Made by a program: the position numbers and the translations under genes. The notes under the pieces were generated by a model, which was not told the DNA's origin, searched no databases, and was given only the letters and a program-made list of their open reading frames with translations. Below, in pieces: positions 1 through 10,400 of a stretch of DNA of 64,000 bases. This DNA comes from an uncultured Thermoleophilaceae bacterium (lineage in GTDB: Bacteria; Actinomycetota; Thermoleophilia; Solirubrobacterales; Thermoleophilaceae), in NCBI GenBank assembly GCA_963716215.1, contig OY970298.1, positions 3,508,416-3,572,415 of the forward strand. The letters run 5' to 3'. Position 1 is the first letter of the stretch. The number at the start of each line of letters is the position of its first letter.

Positions 1-1
1 A

Positions 2-220
2 CTGGCCGCCCTCGACAGCGCCTCCCCACCGACGGGAAGCTCCCTGGTGGCCGAGGTCGGCGGCGAGGTCTGGGCCGCCATCGAGATCGACTCGGGGACC
101 GCGATCGCAGACCCGTTCCGCCCCAGCGGCGAACTGGTCGAGCTGCTGCGCCTGCACGCGAACGGCGAGCGCCGTCCGGCGCGTCACCCGCTCGGGCGCC
201 TGCTGCCGCGCGCCGCGTAG
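2..220 (+). CDS. hypothetical protein, C-terminal fragment (5' end outside window)
   Basis: Frame is open from the window edge to TAG at 218-220 (...IEIDSGTAIADPFRPSGELVELLRLHANGERRPARHPLGRLLPRAA*). GC3-rich codons. No family recognised. A hairpin terminator follows. Confidence 0.3.
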   Translation: MAALDSASPPTGSSLVAEVGGEVWAAIEIDSGTAIADPFRPSGELVELLRLHANGERRPARHPLGRLLPRAA

Positions 221-255
221 AACCCGGCGACGAAGCACCACAAGGTTCCCTCCGC

Positions 256-290
256 GACGGCGGTCCCTCGGGGCCGCCGTCGTCGTTTTC
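256..290 (+). terminator. intrinsic terminator candidate between convergent genes
   Basis: Perfect 8-bp stem GACGGCGG (256-263) / CCGCCGTC (274-281) with a 10-nt loop, followed by GTCGTTTTC. Lies between the + fragment (stop at 220) and the - gene ending at 298. Confidence 0.45.
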
Positions 291-297
291 GGGCGGG

Positions 298-1572
298 TTA
301 GCCGCCCCAGGAGCTCAGGTACTGCTGCTGCTCCGGGGTGAGCGCGTCGATCTCCACCCCGAGCGACTCCAGCTTCAGCCTCGCGACCTCCTCGTCGAGC
401 TCCTTCGGCACATCGAGGACGCGGTGCTCGAGCTGTTCGCCGTGCAGCACCAGGTGCTCCACCGCGAGGGCCAGGTTGGCGAAGCTCATGTCCATCACCG
501 ACGCCGGGTGGCCCTCCCCCGCGGCCAGGTTGACCACGCGGCCCTGGGCCAGGAGGTTGAGCCGCCGGTCGCCGAGGTCGTACTGCTCCACCAGCGGCAG
601 CACCTGCCGCACGCCGCCGGTCGCGAGCGCCCGCAGCTCGTCGAGGTCGATCTCCACGTCGAAATGGCCGGCGTTGGCCAGCACCGCGCCATCCTTCATG
701 CGCTCCATGTGCTCGCGCCGCAGGACCGCGCGGGAGCCCGTGACGGTCACGAACACGTCGCCGCGCTCGGCGGCCGCCAGCGCCGGCATCACCTCGTAGC
801 CGTCCATGCGCGCCTCGAGCGCCCGCAGCGAGTCGACCTCGCAGACGATCAGGTGCGCCCCCGCGCCGTGGGCGCGCTGGGCGATCCCCTTGCCGGTCGC
901 GCCGTAGCCGAGCAGCACCAGGGTGCGTCCGGCGAGCAGCAGGTTGGTGGCGCGCAGGATGCCGTCGAGCGCCGACTGGCCGGTGCCGTACCGATCGTTG
1001 AACGTGCGCTCCGTGCGTGACTCGTTCACGGCGATCACCGGACAGGTGAGCTTGCCCTCGGCCTCGAGTCGCCGCAGCCGCAGCAAGCCGGTGCGCGTCT
1101 CCTCCGCGCCGCCCCGCACGGGTCGCTCCCAGCGGTGCAGCAGCATCAGCAGGTCGGCGCCGTCGTCGAGCGTGATGTCAGGCCCCCACTCGGCCAGCGC
1201 GCCGACGTGCTTCGCGTACATCTCCGCGTCCTCTCCGCGCGTGGCCTGGACGGGCACGCCCGCCTCGACCAGTGCGGCAGCAACCTCGTCCTGCACCGTC
1301 AGCGGGTTGGCCGAGCAGAGCGCCGCTTCAGCGCCGCCGGCCACCAGCGCATGCATCAGGTTGGCGGTCTCGGCGGTCACGTGCAGGCAGGCGGCCACCT
1401 TGGTGCCCGCCAGCGGCCGGTCGCCTGCGAAGCGCTCGCGGATCGAGCGCAGCACCGGCATCTGACCCTCGGCCCACTCGACGCGCGCCCGCCCGCCCGG
1501 GGCGAGCGCGGAGTCGAGGATTTCCGACTCCAAGGAGGCGGGCTTGGGCTCAGGAGACATGCCAATTTTCAC
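298..1572 (-). CDS. adenosylhomocysteinase-family protein, short (archaeal-type) paralog
   Basis: 424-aa ORF with SAHH-family motifs LHVTAETANL, NDRYGTGQS, NAD Rossmann GYGATGKGIA and GHFDVEID. Lacks the ~40-aa insertion present in the neighbouring long-form copy. Confidence 0.85.
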   Translation of the reverse strand: MKIGMSPEPKPASLESEILDSALAPGGRARVEWAEGQMPVLRSIRERFAGDRPLAGTKVAACLHVTAETANLMHALVAGGAEAALCSANPLTVQDEVAAALVEAGVPVQATRGEDAEMYAKHVGALAEWGPDITLDDGADLLMLLHRWERPVRGGAEETRTGLLRLRRLEAEGKLTCPVIAVNESRTERTFNDRYGTGQSALDGILRATNLLLAGRTLVLLGYGATGKGIAQRAHGAGAHLIVCEVDSLRALEARMDGYEVMPALAAAERGDVFVTVTGSRAVLRREHMERMKDGAVLANAGHFDVEIDLDELRALATGGVRQVLPLVEQYDLGDRRLNLLAQGRVVNLAAGEGHPASVMDMSFANLALAVEHLVLHGEQLEHRVLDVPKELDEEVARLKLESLGVEIDALTPEQQQYLSSWGG

Positions 1573-1602
1573 CGGGGGTTCCGGGGGCGCGAGCCCCCGG
1601 TC

Positions 1603-3454
<1,852 letters not shown>

Positions 3455-3465
3455 GGGGACGGGCC

Positions 3466-4509
3466 TCAGCCGAGGGCGGACTTGAAGCGCACGATCGGCT
3501 CGACCGGGGTCGGATCCACGCCGGCGAGGACCGCCGCGTAGACGCTGACCAGGTCGCCCAGCAGCAGCAGCGAGAGCACGCGCTCCAGCCGGGTGTCGCC
3601 GCGAGCAACGATCCGCACCGCCGGGGCGCCGGCTCGCTGCACCTCGGCCGCGTTCAGCTCGATGCGGCTGCGCACCCGCGGGTGCTGATCGGGGTCCTCG
3701 AGGAAGACGCCCGCCATCGGCGTGACCGACCGGCCGCGCTCCCAGGAGCAGATCTCGTTGTGGTTGGCCTCGGGCAGCTCCGACCAGAACGCGGCGGCCG
3801 TGGCGTTCTCGTTGAGCTGCGTTTTCCAGCGGCGCGCCACCGCGGCGGTGGGACCAGCGCCGTGCACAATCGGAACGGTCCCCTCGAGCTCCAGGGCCAG
3901 CGCCTTCGCCTGGGAGTCCTCGGCGGCGCCCGGCCCCCACTCCTTGGTCAGGCCGCCCAACAGCTCGGCGGCCGTGTCGATCTCGGAGGTGAGCCCCGGC
4001 GCCGCACCGCAGGCGGCGGCGCACTCGAGCACGCCGACGGTCATGTAGACGACGGCGGCGCGCGGCTGCATCCCGGCGGGCACGCCGATCACCGGCACGC
4101 CCTCGGCGCGGGCGGCCTCGGCGAGCTGCCCGCCGGTGGTGAGCGCCACGCGACCCGCCCCGGCCACCCCGGCGGCCTCGAAGCAGGCGAGCGTCTCCTC
4201 GGTGTCGCCCGAGTAGCTGGCGCACATGACGAGGCTGTCGGGCCCGGTCCACGACTCGAGCGCGTAGCCGCGCACGGTCGTGATCGGACGAGTGGCGCGG
4301 TCCCCGAGCGCGGCCGTTGCGAGGTCGCCGCCGATCGCCGAGCCGCCCATGCCGCACACGATCAGGCCGCCGGGGCGATCCTGCTTGGGAATCCCGGCGG
4401 ACTGGGCGCGCCACAGCGCGTCGCCGAGCTGGTGCGGCTGGGCCAGCACGTCGCCGACCATCCCGCTGGGGTCGGCGGCACCGATCGCCGCCGCGTCGAG
4501 GCGGCTCAC
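3466..4509 (-). CDS. bifunctional phosphoglucose/phosphomannose isomerase (SIS-domain PGI/PMI family)
   Basis: 347-aa ORF with SIS motifs GMGGSAIGGDL and SYSGDTEETL, plus the C-terminal LPEANHNEI motif typical of the PGI/PMI family. Its GTG start overlaps the upstream stop (GTGA at 4506-4509). Confidence 0.8.
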   Translation of the reverse strand: MSRLDAAAIGAADPSGMVGDVLAQPHQLGDALWRAQSAGIPKQDRPGGLIVCGMGGSAIGGDLATAALGDRATRPITTVRGYALESWTGPDSLVMCASYSGDTEETLACFEAAGVAGAGRVALTTGGQLAEAARAEGVPVIGVPAGMQPRAAVVYMTVGVLECAAACGAAPGLTSEIDTAAELLGGLTKEWGPGAAEDSQAKALALELEGTVPIVHGAGPTAAVARRWKTQLNENATAAAFWSELPEANHNEICSWERGRSVTPMAGVFLEDPDQHPRVRSRIELNAAEVQRAGAPAVRIVARGDTRLERVLSLLLLGDLVSVYAAVLAGVDPTPVEPIVRFKSALG

Positions 4510-5588
4510 TGGACCGGCTCCGCGGCCTCGACCCGCTGGCCGGCGGCCACGGTCGCGCCGGGCTCGACCACGACGCCCGGGTCCAGCCGCGCGTCGGCAC
4601 CGATCACGGCGTCGTCGCCGATCACGGCCCTCGCGCCGGCGATCGCGCCGGGCTCGACGCGGGCGCGCTCACCTACCCGCACGCCCTCGCCCAGCACGCT
4701 CTCGATCACGGCGGCGTCGGCGCCGACCATCACGCGGTCGTGCAACACCGAGCGCTCCACGCGCGAGTCGCTGCCGACCGAGCAGTGGCGACCGAGCACA
4801 CTCTGGGGGCCGACGTGCGCGCCGGACAGCAGGCAGCCCTCGTAGACGAGGGAGCCGGTCTCGTCGCGGGGCGGCAACTTGGAGTCCAGGCGGCCGGCAA
4901 GCAGGTCCCAGGTGGCCTCCAAGTAGCGCTCCGGGGTCCCGATGTCGATCCAGTAGCCCTCGGCGAGGTAGCCGTGCAGGCCGTGGCCGACCAGCTGCGG
5001 GAAGACCTCCCGTTCGAACGACACCGCCCGCCCGGCGGGGATCGTCTCGACGACATCCCGCTCGACCACGTAGGCGCCGGCGTTGATGCGGTTGGTGGGG
5101 GTCTCGCCCTCGGCCTTCTCGAGGAAGGCCTGGACCCGGCCGTCGGCATCGGTCGGCACCACGCCATAGCTGGCGGTGTCCGCGACTGGGTAGAGCGCCA
5201 GCGTCACGCGCGCGCCGGAGCTCTCGTGGAGCGCCAGTTCGGCGCTCAGGTCGATGTCGGTCAGCACGTCGCCGTTGAGCACCAGCAGGCGTTCGTCGAG
5301 CACGCCCTCGTCGTAGGCGAGCCGGACCGGGCCGGCGGTGCCGAGCGGCTCCTCCTCGACGATGTAGCGCAGCCGCATGCCGTCGTAGATGTCGCCGAGC
5401 ACCCGTCTGACGCCGTCGGAGAGAAAGCCGCAGGAGAGGATCACCTCGTCCACCCCGTGCGAGTGCGCCCAGTCGAGCATGAACGACAGGAACGGACGGC
5501 CGGCCAGCGGCATCACGGGCTTGGGCGTCGTGTAGGTGAGCGGCCGCAGTCGCGTCCCCTCGCCGCCGGCGAGCACGAGGGCCTGCAC
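4506..5588 (-). CDS. mannose-1-phosphate guanylyltransferase-like NDP-sugar pyrophosphorylase
   Basis: 360-aa ORF with N-terminal LAGGEGTRLRPLTYTTPKPVMP (the GxGTRLxPLT nucleotidyltransferase signature), GYWIDIGTPE, and a C-terminal left-handed beta-helix repeat region. Architecture resembles mycobacterial ManB/RmlA2. Confidence 0.85.
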   Translation of the reverse strand: MQALVLAGGEGTRLRPLTYTTPKPVMPLAGRPFLSFMLDWAHSHGVDEVILSCGFLSDGVRRVLGDIYDGMRLRYIVEEEPLGTAGPVRLAYDEGVLDERLLVLNGDVLTDIDLSAELALHESSGARVTLALYPVADTASYGVVPTDADGRVQAFLEKAEGETPTNRINAGAYVVERDVVETIPAGRAVSFEREVFPQLVGHGLHGYLAEGYWIDIGTPERYLEATWDLLAGRLDSKLPPRDETGSLVYEGCLLSGAHVGPQSVLGRHCSVGSDSRVERSVLHDRVMVGADAAVIESVLGEGVRVGERARVEPGAIAGARAVIGDDAVIGADARLDPGVVVEPGATVAAGQRVEAAEPVQ

Positions 5589-6869
5589 CTACCGGCCGAT
5601 CCCCTCGTACGTGAAGCCGGCCTCGCGCAGGGCCTCGCGGTCGAGGAAGTTGCGCCCGTCCACCACCAGCGGCACGCGCATGCGCGACTTGACCTCGCCG
5701 GTCCAGTCGAGCTCGCCGAACTCGGGCCACTCCGTGACCAGCACCACCGCATCCGCCCCGTCCACCGCGTCGAGGGCCGACTCGCAGATGCGCGCGCCGC
5801 CGAGCATCGAGTTCGCGTTGCGACCCGCGACCGGGTCGTACACGCGCACCTGGGCGCCCTCGCCCTGCAGGCGGCCGGCGAGCACCAGGCTGGTGGCCTC
5901 GCGGATGTCGTCGGTGTCCGGCTTGAAGGCCAGGCCGAGCAGAGCGACCTGCTTGCCGACGAGCGAGCCGAGGTGCTTCTGGAGCTTGCCGATCGTGCGG
6001 CGCTTCTGGAGCTCGTTGACCTCGATCACCGAGGTGAGCAGCTGGAAGTGGTAGCCGGTGTTGCCGGCGAGCTGCTTGAGCGCCTGGACGTCCTTGGGGA
6101 AGCAGCTGCCGCCGAAGCCGACGCCGGCCTGCAGGAACTTGGGGCCGATGCGGTCGTCGAGGCCCATGCCGCGCGCGACCTCGAGCACGTCGGCACCCAG
6201 TTCCTCGGACACGTTGGCGATCTCGTTGATGAACGAGATCTTGGTCGCCAGGAAAGCGTTGGAGGCGAGTTTGATCATCTCGGCGCTGGCCACATCGGTG
6301 TTGACCACCGGGGCGTCGAGCGGCGCGTACAGACCCAGCACGCGCTCGGCGTACTCGCTAGAGCCCTCGTCCGCCCCAACCACTACGCGATCGGGCTTCA
6401 TGAAGTCCGCGACCGCGCTGCCCTCCTTTAGGAACTCGGGGTTGGACACGTAGCCGGTGCCGGGGCGGCGGCGCTGGATCGAGCGGCCGGTGCCGACCGG
6501 CACGGTGCTCTTCATCACCAGCGCGTGCTCGCCCGAGTCGCCCAGCTCATCGAGCACACTCTCCACCCGCGAGAGATCCGCGTCGCCCGAGTAGGTGGGC
6601 GGAGTGTCGACGCACACGAACAGCAGCCGGGCGTTGTCGAGCACCTCGCCCATGTCGGTGGTGAAGTGCAGCCGCTCGGCGTTCTTGGCCACCAGCTCGG
6701 GCAGGCCGGGCTCGTGGATCGGGACCTCGCCGCTCCGCAGGGACTCGACCTTCTCGGGCACGATGTCGCGCGCCCAGACCTCGTGGCCGAGCTCGGCGAA
6801 GCAGGCAGCGGTGACCAGGCCGACCCAGCCGACGCCGATGACCCCGATCGGTTCCCTCTCGTCAGGCAC
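5589..6869 (-). CDS. ugd: UDP-glucose 6-dehydrogenase (UDP-glucose/GDP-mannose dehydrogenase family)
   Basis: 426-aa ORF with N-terminal Rossmann IGVIGVGWVGLVTAACFA, catalytic GFGGSCFPKD, and C-terminal LGLAFKPDTDDIREA. Directly abuts the downstream gene. Confidence 0.9.
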   Translation of the reverse strand: MPDEREPIGVIGVGWVGLVTAACFAELGHEVWARDIVPEKVESLRSGEVPIHEPGLPELVAKNAERLHFTTDMGEVLDNARLLFVCVDTPPTYSGDADLSRVESVLDELGDSGEHALVMKSTVPVGTGRSIQRRRPGTGYVSNPEFLKEGSAVADFMKPDRVVVGADEGSSEYAERVLGLYAPLDAPVVNTDVASAEMIKLASNAFLATKISFINEIANVSEELGADVLEVARGMGLDDRIGPKFLQAGVGFGGSCFPKDVQALKQLAGNTGYHFQLLTSVIEVNELQKRRTIGKLQKHLGSLVGKQVALLGLAFKPDTDDIREATSLVLAGRLQGEGAQVRVYDPVAGRNANSMLGGARICESALDAVDGADAVVLVTEWPEFGELDWTGEVKSRMRVPLVVDGRNFLDREALREAGFTYEGIGR

Positions 6870-6878
6870 GAGGCGCGC

Positions 6879-6884
6879 AGGCTA
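6879..6884 (-). promoter_or_regulatory. -10 box candidate TAGCCT, 9 nt upstream of ugd GTG
   Basis: Minus-strand TAnnnT hexamer (plus strand AGGCTA) 9 nt from the GTG at 6869. Fits the recurring pattern in this window. Confidence 0.35.
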
Positions 6885-6898
6885 ATGGAGCGCCGGCG

Positions 6899-6979
6899 CT
6901 AGCGCGGCGTCTCGACGTTGAGTCCGCTGGCGCGGGCGGCCTCGCAGAGCCGCTCGTCATCGATTCGCGAGCCGGCCTG
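6899..6979 (-). pseudogene. PIN-domain (VapC-like) toxin remnant, C-terminal 26 codons only
   Basis: Reads QAGSRIDDERLCEAARASGLNVETPR*, a typical VapC C-terminus (xxDxxLxxAAxxxGLxV). It lies directly in frame after the antitoxin-like ORF's stop. No N-terminal PIN core is present. Confidence 0.45.
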
Positions 6980-7171
6980 CTACAGCCGCTCCTCGCGCTG
7001 CTGATCGAGCGCGGCGCGGCTTGGCGGCGAGTCGGGCGACAGGGCCCGCGGCGGCTCGACCGCCGTCAGGTCGCCGGCGGGCATGGTCACCCGACGCTCG
7101 GTGACCGAGACGCGCTCTCCCTCCTTGACCTGCCGCAGATAGCGCGCCAGGGTCTGGCGCAGGTCGCGCAC
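6980..7171 (-). CDS. Phd/YefM- or VapB-like antitoxin remnant (N-terminally clipped)
   Basis: 63-aa ORF (V)RDLRQTLARYLRQVKEGERVSVTERR..., resembling the IGVRELRxxLSRYLRRVxxGExxxVTDRGRP antitoxin N-terminus. It starts only 7 nt after the LCP stop and lacks the usual first beta-strand residues. Confidence 0.4.
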   Translation of the reverse strand: MRDLRQTLARYLRQVKEGERVSVTERRVTMPAGDLTAVEPPRALSPDSPPSRAALDQQREERL

Positions 7172-7177
7172 GCCGAC

Positions 7178-8626
7178 CTACAGAGCGCGCACTGAGCGGG
7201 CGATGGCAAGCATCTGCTTCTCGTCCAGCGACAGCAGCAGCGTGTTCGAAATCCAGTAGACCGCCTTGGGCGTGCGCCACGCGACCAGTCGCAGGCGATC
7301 GCCGTCGTAGGCCAGCTCGTACTCGCGCCGGCCGATCTTGCGGGTCTCGGTGACGCCCTCGAGGATCGGCGGGTTGCGCCAGGTGATGCCCTGCAACCCG
7401 TAGTACTCGCCGGCACGCCCGGTCTGGAGCACCATCCGGTAGGCGCCATACCGCTTGCCGTCGGTGCCGCGCAGCTTGTACACGCGCGGCGGCCCGGCGT
7501 AGACGGAGCCCTGGAGGCGCAGCGTCGGGTAGAGCGCGGGCAGGGTCTCCCCCGCGCCGGCCTGGACCGCCTGGAGCGCCTGGTCCTTGCCGAACCCGGT
7601 GGCGTCCTCCAGCCCGCCGACCACGCGCAGCTTGTGCCTGCGCTTCGGGCGCTTGACCTTGCGCGTGGACTCGCCGCGCGGCCCGGGCGTGTCCTTGACG
7701 TTGAGGAACTCGTCCACCATCTGGGCCATCTGCTCGTCGGTCGCCTCGACGAAGCTCGGCCCGAGCGTGCCCCGGAACGTGATCTCCTGGATCGGCTGGT
7801 TGGCGGAGAACAGCGCCAGCTTCAGCAGCCGCAGCACCTCGGAGCGCGAGCGCAGGCCGGCGTCGGTGCTGGTGTTGCGGCCGAAGATCCTGGTCAGCCG
7901 CTCGTGGTTGTCGAACAGCGTGGAGGCGGTGATCTGCTGCTTGGTCTGGCGCAGGAAGTCCTGCTGGCGGGCGGCGCGCACGATGTCCGTGTCCTCGTGG
8001 CGGAAGCGCACGTACTGGAGCGCCTTGCGCCCGCAAAGGCGCTGGTAGCCGGGCTGGACGTCGATGAACGAGTACTCGGCCGAGTCGTTGAAGTAGCGCC
8101 GGTCGATGTCCGCGTACACGCAGCCGACGGCGTTCACCGCACGCCAGAAGCCGTCGAAGTGCACGTTGACCACGTGGTTCACGGGCAGGCCGGTGACGGC
8201 CTTAACGGTCTCGAGCGTCAGCTCCGGGCCGCCCAGCTCGTAGGCCGCGTTGATCTTGTCCACGCCGTGGCCGGGGATCTCGACCTTGAGGTCGCGCGGC
8301 AGCGACATGATCGCCGTGGCCTCCTTGTCCGGGTCGAGGCGCACCAGCATGATCGTGTCCGAGCGGGCGCCGCCGGCGCCCTCCGCGTTGTCCTTGGGAC
8401 GCCGGTCGGAGCCGAGGATCATCAGCGTCTGCGGTTTGCCCGGGTCGGTGGTGGCGAGCTTGCCCTTGCCGAGCTTCAGCTCCGGCCCGAGCTCCAGGGC
8501 CTCCACCACCTTGTCGACCTCGTGGAACGCCGCCACGGCGGTGGCGCCGGCCGCAGCGAAGATCACGAGCAACGCCCCCGCCAGGAGGCGCTTCCAGAGT
8601 CCGGGGCGGGGGATGTCCTCGAGCAT
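7178..8626 (-). CDS. LytR-CpsA-Psr (LCP) family cell-wall glycopolymer ligase with long C-terminal domain
   Basis: 482 aa from the ATG at 8626 (MLEDIPRPGLWKRLLAGALLVIFAAAG, a TM anchor). LCP core motifs LMILGSDRR, RSDTIMLVRLDP, SLPRDL, INAAY. The 733-aa track ORF is an upstream read-through. Confidence 0.85.
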   Translation of the reverse strand: MLEDIPRPGLWKRLLAGALLVIFAAAGATAVAAFHEVDKVVEALELGPELKLGKGKLATTDPGKPQTLMILGSDRRPKDNAEGAGGARSDTIMLVRLDPDKEATAIMSLPRDLKVEIPGHGVDKINAAYELGGPELTLETVKAVTGLPVNHVVNVHFDGFWRAVNAVGCVYADIDRRYFNDSAEYSFIDVQPGYQRLCGRKALQYVRFRHEDTDIVRAARQQDFLRQTKQQITASTLFDNHERLTRIFGRNTSTDAGLRSRSEVLRLLKLALFSANQPIQEITFRGTLGPSFVEATDEQMAQMVDEFLNVKDTPGPRGESTRKVKRPKRRHKLRVVGGLEDATGFGKDQALQAVQAGAGETLPALYPTLRLQGSVYAGPPRVYKLRGTDGKRYGAYRMVLQTGRAGEYYGLQGITWRNPPILEGVTETRKIGRREYELAYDGDRLRLVAWRTPKAVYWISNTLLLSLDEKQMLAIARSVRAL

Positions 8627-9738
8627 CAGGCGATCCGCAGCGGGCGCTCGTCCTTGCCCATGCTGGCGGGCAGCAGGTTGACGAACTCGACCAGCGCCCG
8701 CCGATATTCCCCGAGCGACCGGACCGACACCCACTCCTCGGGGCCGTGGTGGCCGTCGCCGGTGGGCCCGCACTCGACGGCGGGAACACCGGCCTCGAGG
8801 AAGGAGATGGCGTCCGAGGCGCCGTCGCGCCCCACGGAGATCTGCTCCCCGGACGGCGGCGCGACACGCGAGATCGCCGTTCCGAGCGCCTTTACGTAGG
8901 GGTTCTCGCGCTCCACGATCGCCGGACGGCGGTGGAACACCTTCACCACCCGCGCGTCGGGCAGGGCGTCCACCGCCTGCCGGATCGAGTCGGCGTCCTG
9001 CCCCGGCAGGTAACGCACGTCCACGTCGATCGCGCACAGGTCGGGCACCTTGTTGAGCGCGTCGCCGCCGACGATCCGGCCGAGGTTGATCGACGGCCTG
9101 TCGAACAGGTCCGACGACTCGCGCGCGAACGGCAGCACCTCGATCTGGCGGAACACGTCGATCGCCTTCAGCACGGCGTTGTCGCCCACCCAGGGTGTGG
9201 AGCCGTGGGCGGCCGTGCCGGTGACCTCGATGCGCATCGCGAGGACGCCCTTGGCCTGGATGCCGATGTGCATGTTGGTGGGTTCGCCGGTGATCGCGAA
9301 GTCCCCGATGTAGCCCTGCTCCACGAGATAGTCGGAGGCGCGCTGCTCGATCTCCTCCGACTCCTCGTCGGCGACGCACACGAAGTGCACGCGCACGTCC
9401 TTCTGGACTGCGAGGTCGTGGATCGCGAGCATCATCGAGGCGAGCCCGCCCTTCATGTCATAGGCCCCGCGGCCGTAGAGGCGGTCGCCGTCGACGCGGG
9501 CCGAGAACTGCTCGGGCCGCGCGGGGACGACGTCGAGGTGGCCGTGCAGCACGATCGTCGTGCCCGCGGCAGGGCCGACCGTGGCGGCCAGGACCGGCCT
9601 GCCGTTGTGCATCGAGCCCGTCACCTCCACGTCGCGTGCCTCGAGCCAGCCCTTCACGAAGCCGGCGGCGCTCTGCATGCCCTCGAGGGTGGACGTGTCG
9701 TAGGTGATCAGGCGCTCTGCGAGCGCTCGTTCATCCAT
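8626..9738 (-). CDS. M20-family metallopeptidase (ArgE/DapE-like)
   Basis: 370-aa ORF with HGHLDVVP, GRGAYDMKGG, VADEE, TGEPT and AAHGSTP motifs. Its stop overlaps the LCP start by 1 nt (TGATG). Confidence 0.85.
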   Translation of the reverse strand: MDERALAERLITYDTSTLEGMQSAAGFVKGWLEARDVEVTGSMHNGRPVLAATVGPAAGTTIVLHGHLDVVPARPEQFSARVDGDRLYGRGAYDMKGGLASMMLAIHDLAVQKDVRVHFVCVADEESEEIEQRASDYLVEQGYIGDFAITGEPTNMHIGIQAKGVLAMRIEVTGTAAHGSTPWVGDNAVLKAIDVFRQIEVLPFARESSDLFDRPSINLGRIVGGDALNKVPDLCAIDVDVRYLPGQDADSIRQAVDALPDARVVKVFHRRPAIVERENPYVKALGTAISRVAPPSGEQISVGRDGASDAISFLEAGVPAVECGPTGDGHHGPEEWVSVRSLGEYRRALVEFVNLLPASMGKDERPLRIA

Positions 9739-9747
9739 CCCGGCGAG

Positions 9748-10359
9748 TCAGGATAGTGCGCGTCGCTCGCGCTCGACCTCGGCTCGCGCCCAACAGCCCA
9801 CGAGGTGGTCGTTGACAAGTCCGCACGCCTGCATGGCCGCGTAGGCCGTCGTGGGGCCGACGAACCGGAACCCGTGGCGCTTGAGCTCCTTCGAGAGCGC
9901 GGTGGACTCCGGGGTCACGGCCGCGACGTCGCCCAGCTCGCGCGGCGCACGGCGGCGCCCGGTGGGAGCGTGCGACCAGACCAGCTCCGCCAGCGATCCC
10001 TCCAGCGCGGCGGCGGCCCTGGCGTTCGCGATCGCAGCCTCGATCTTCCCGCGGTGGCGCACGATGCCCGCGTCGGCGAGCAGGCGGTTCACGTCGCGCT
10101 TGCCGAAGCGCGCCACGGCCTCGATCTCGAAGTTCGCGAACGCGGCTCGGAAGCTCTCGCGCTTGCGCAGGATCGTGAGCCACGACAGGCCCGACTGGAA
10201 GCCCTCGAGGACGAGCCGCTCGTAGACACCGCGGTCGTCGGTGACCGGCCTGCCCCACTCCTCGTCGTGGTACCACTCGTAGTCGGGGGTCGAGGCTCCC
10301 CACCGGCAGCGCCGGCGGCCGTCATCGCCGCGAACCAGGGCACTCACGGCGCGCGACAC
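9748..10359 (-). CDS. tag: DNA-3-methyladenine glycosylase I
   Basis: 203-aa ORF with CRWGASTPDYEWYHDEEWGRPVTDDRGVYERLVLEGFQSGLSWLTILRKRESFRAAF, the Tag signature. Confidence 0.9.
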   Translation of the reverse strand: MSRAVSALVRGDDGRRRCRWGASTPDYEWYHDEEWGRPVTDDRGVYERLVLEGFQSGLSWLTILRKRESFRAAFANFEIEAVARFGKRDVNRLLADAGIVRHRGKIEAAIANARAAAALEGSLAELVWSHAPTGRRRAPRELGDVAAVTPESTALSKELKRHGFRFVGPTTAYAAMQACGLVNDHLVGCWARAEVERERRALS

Positions 10360-10388
10360 TACCGCTACGCCAGGTCCTCGGCCGGGGG

Positions 10389-10394
10389 TACTCT
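10389..10394 (+). promoter_or_regulatory. -10 box candidate TACTCT, 6 nt upstream of GTG 10401 (leaderless)
   Basis: TAnnnT hexamer at a fixed short distance from the start codon. No SD sequence between them. Confidence 0.35.
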
Positions 10395-10400
10395 GGCCCC

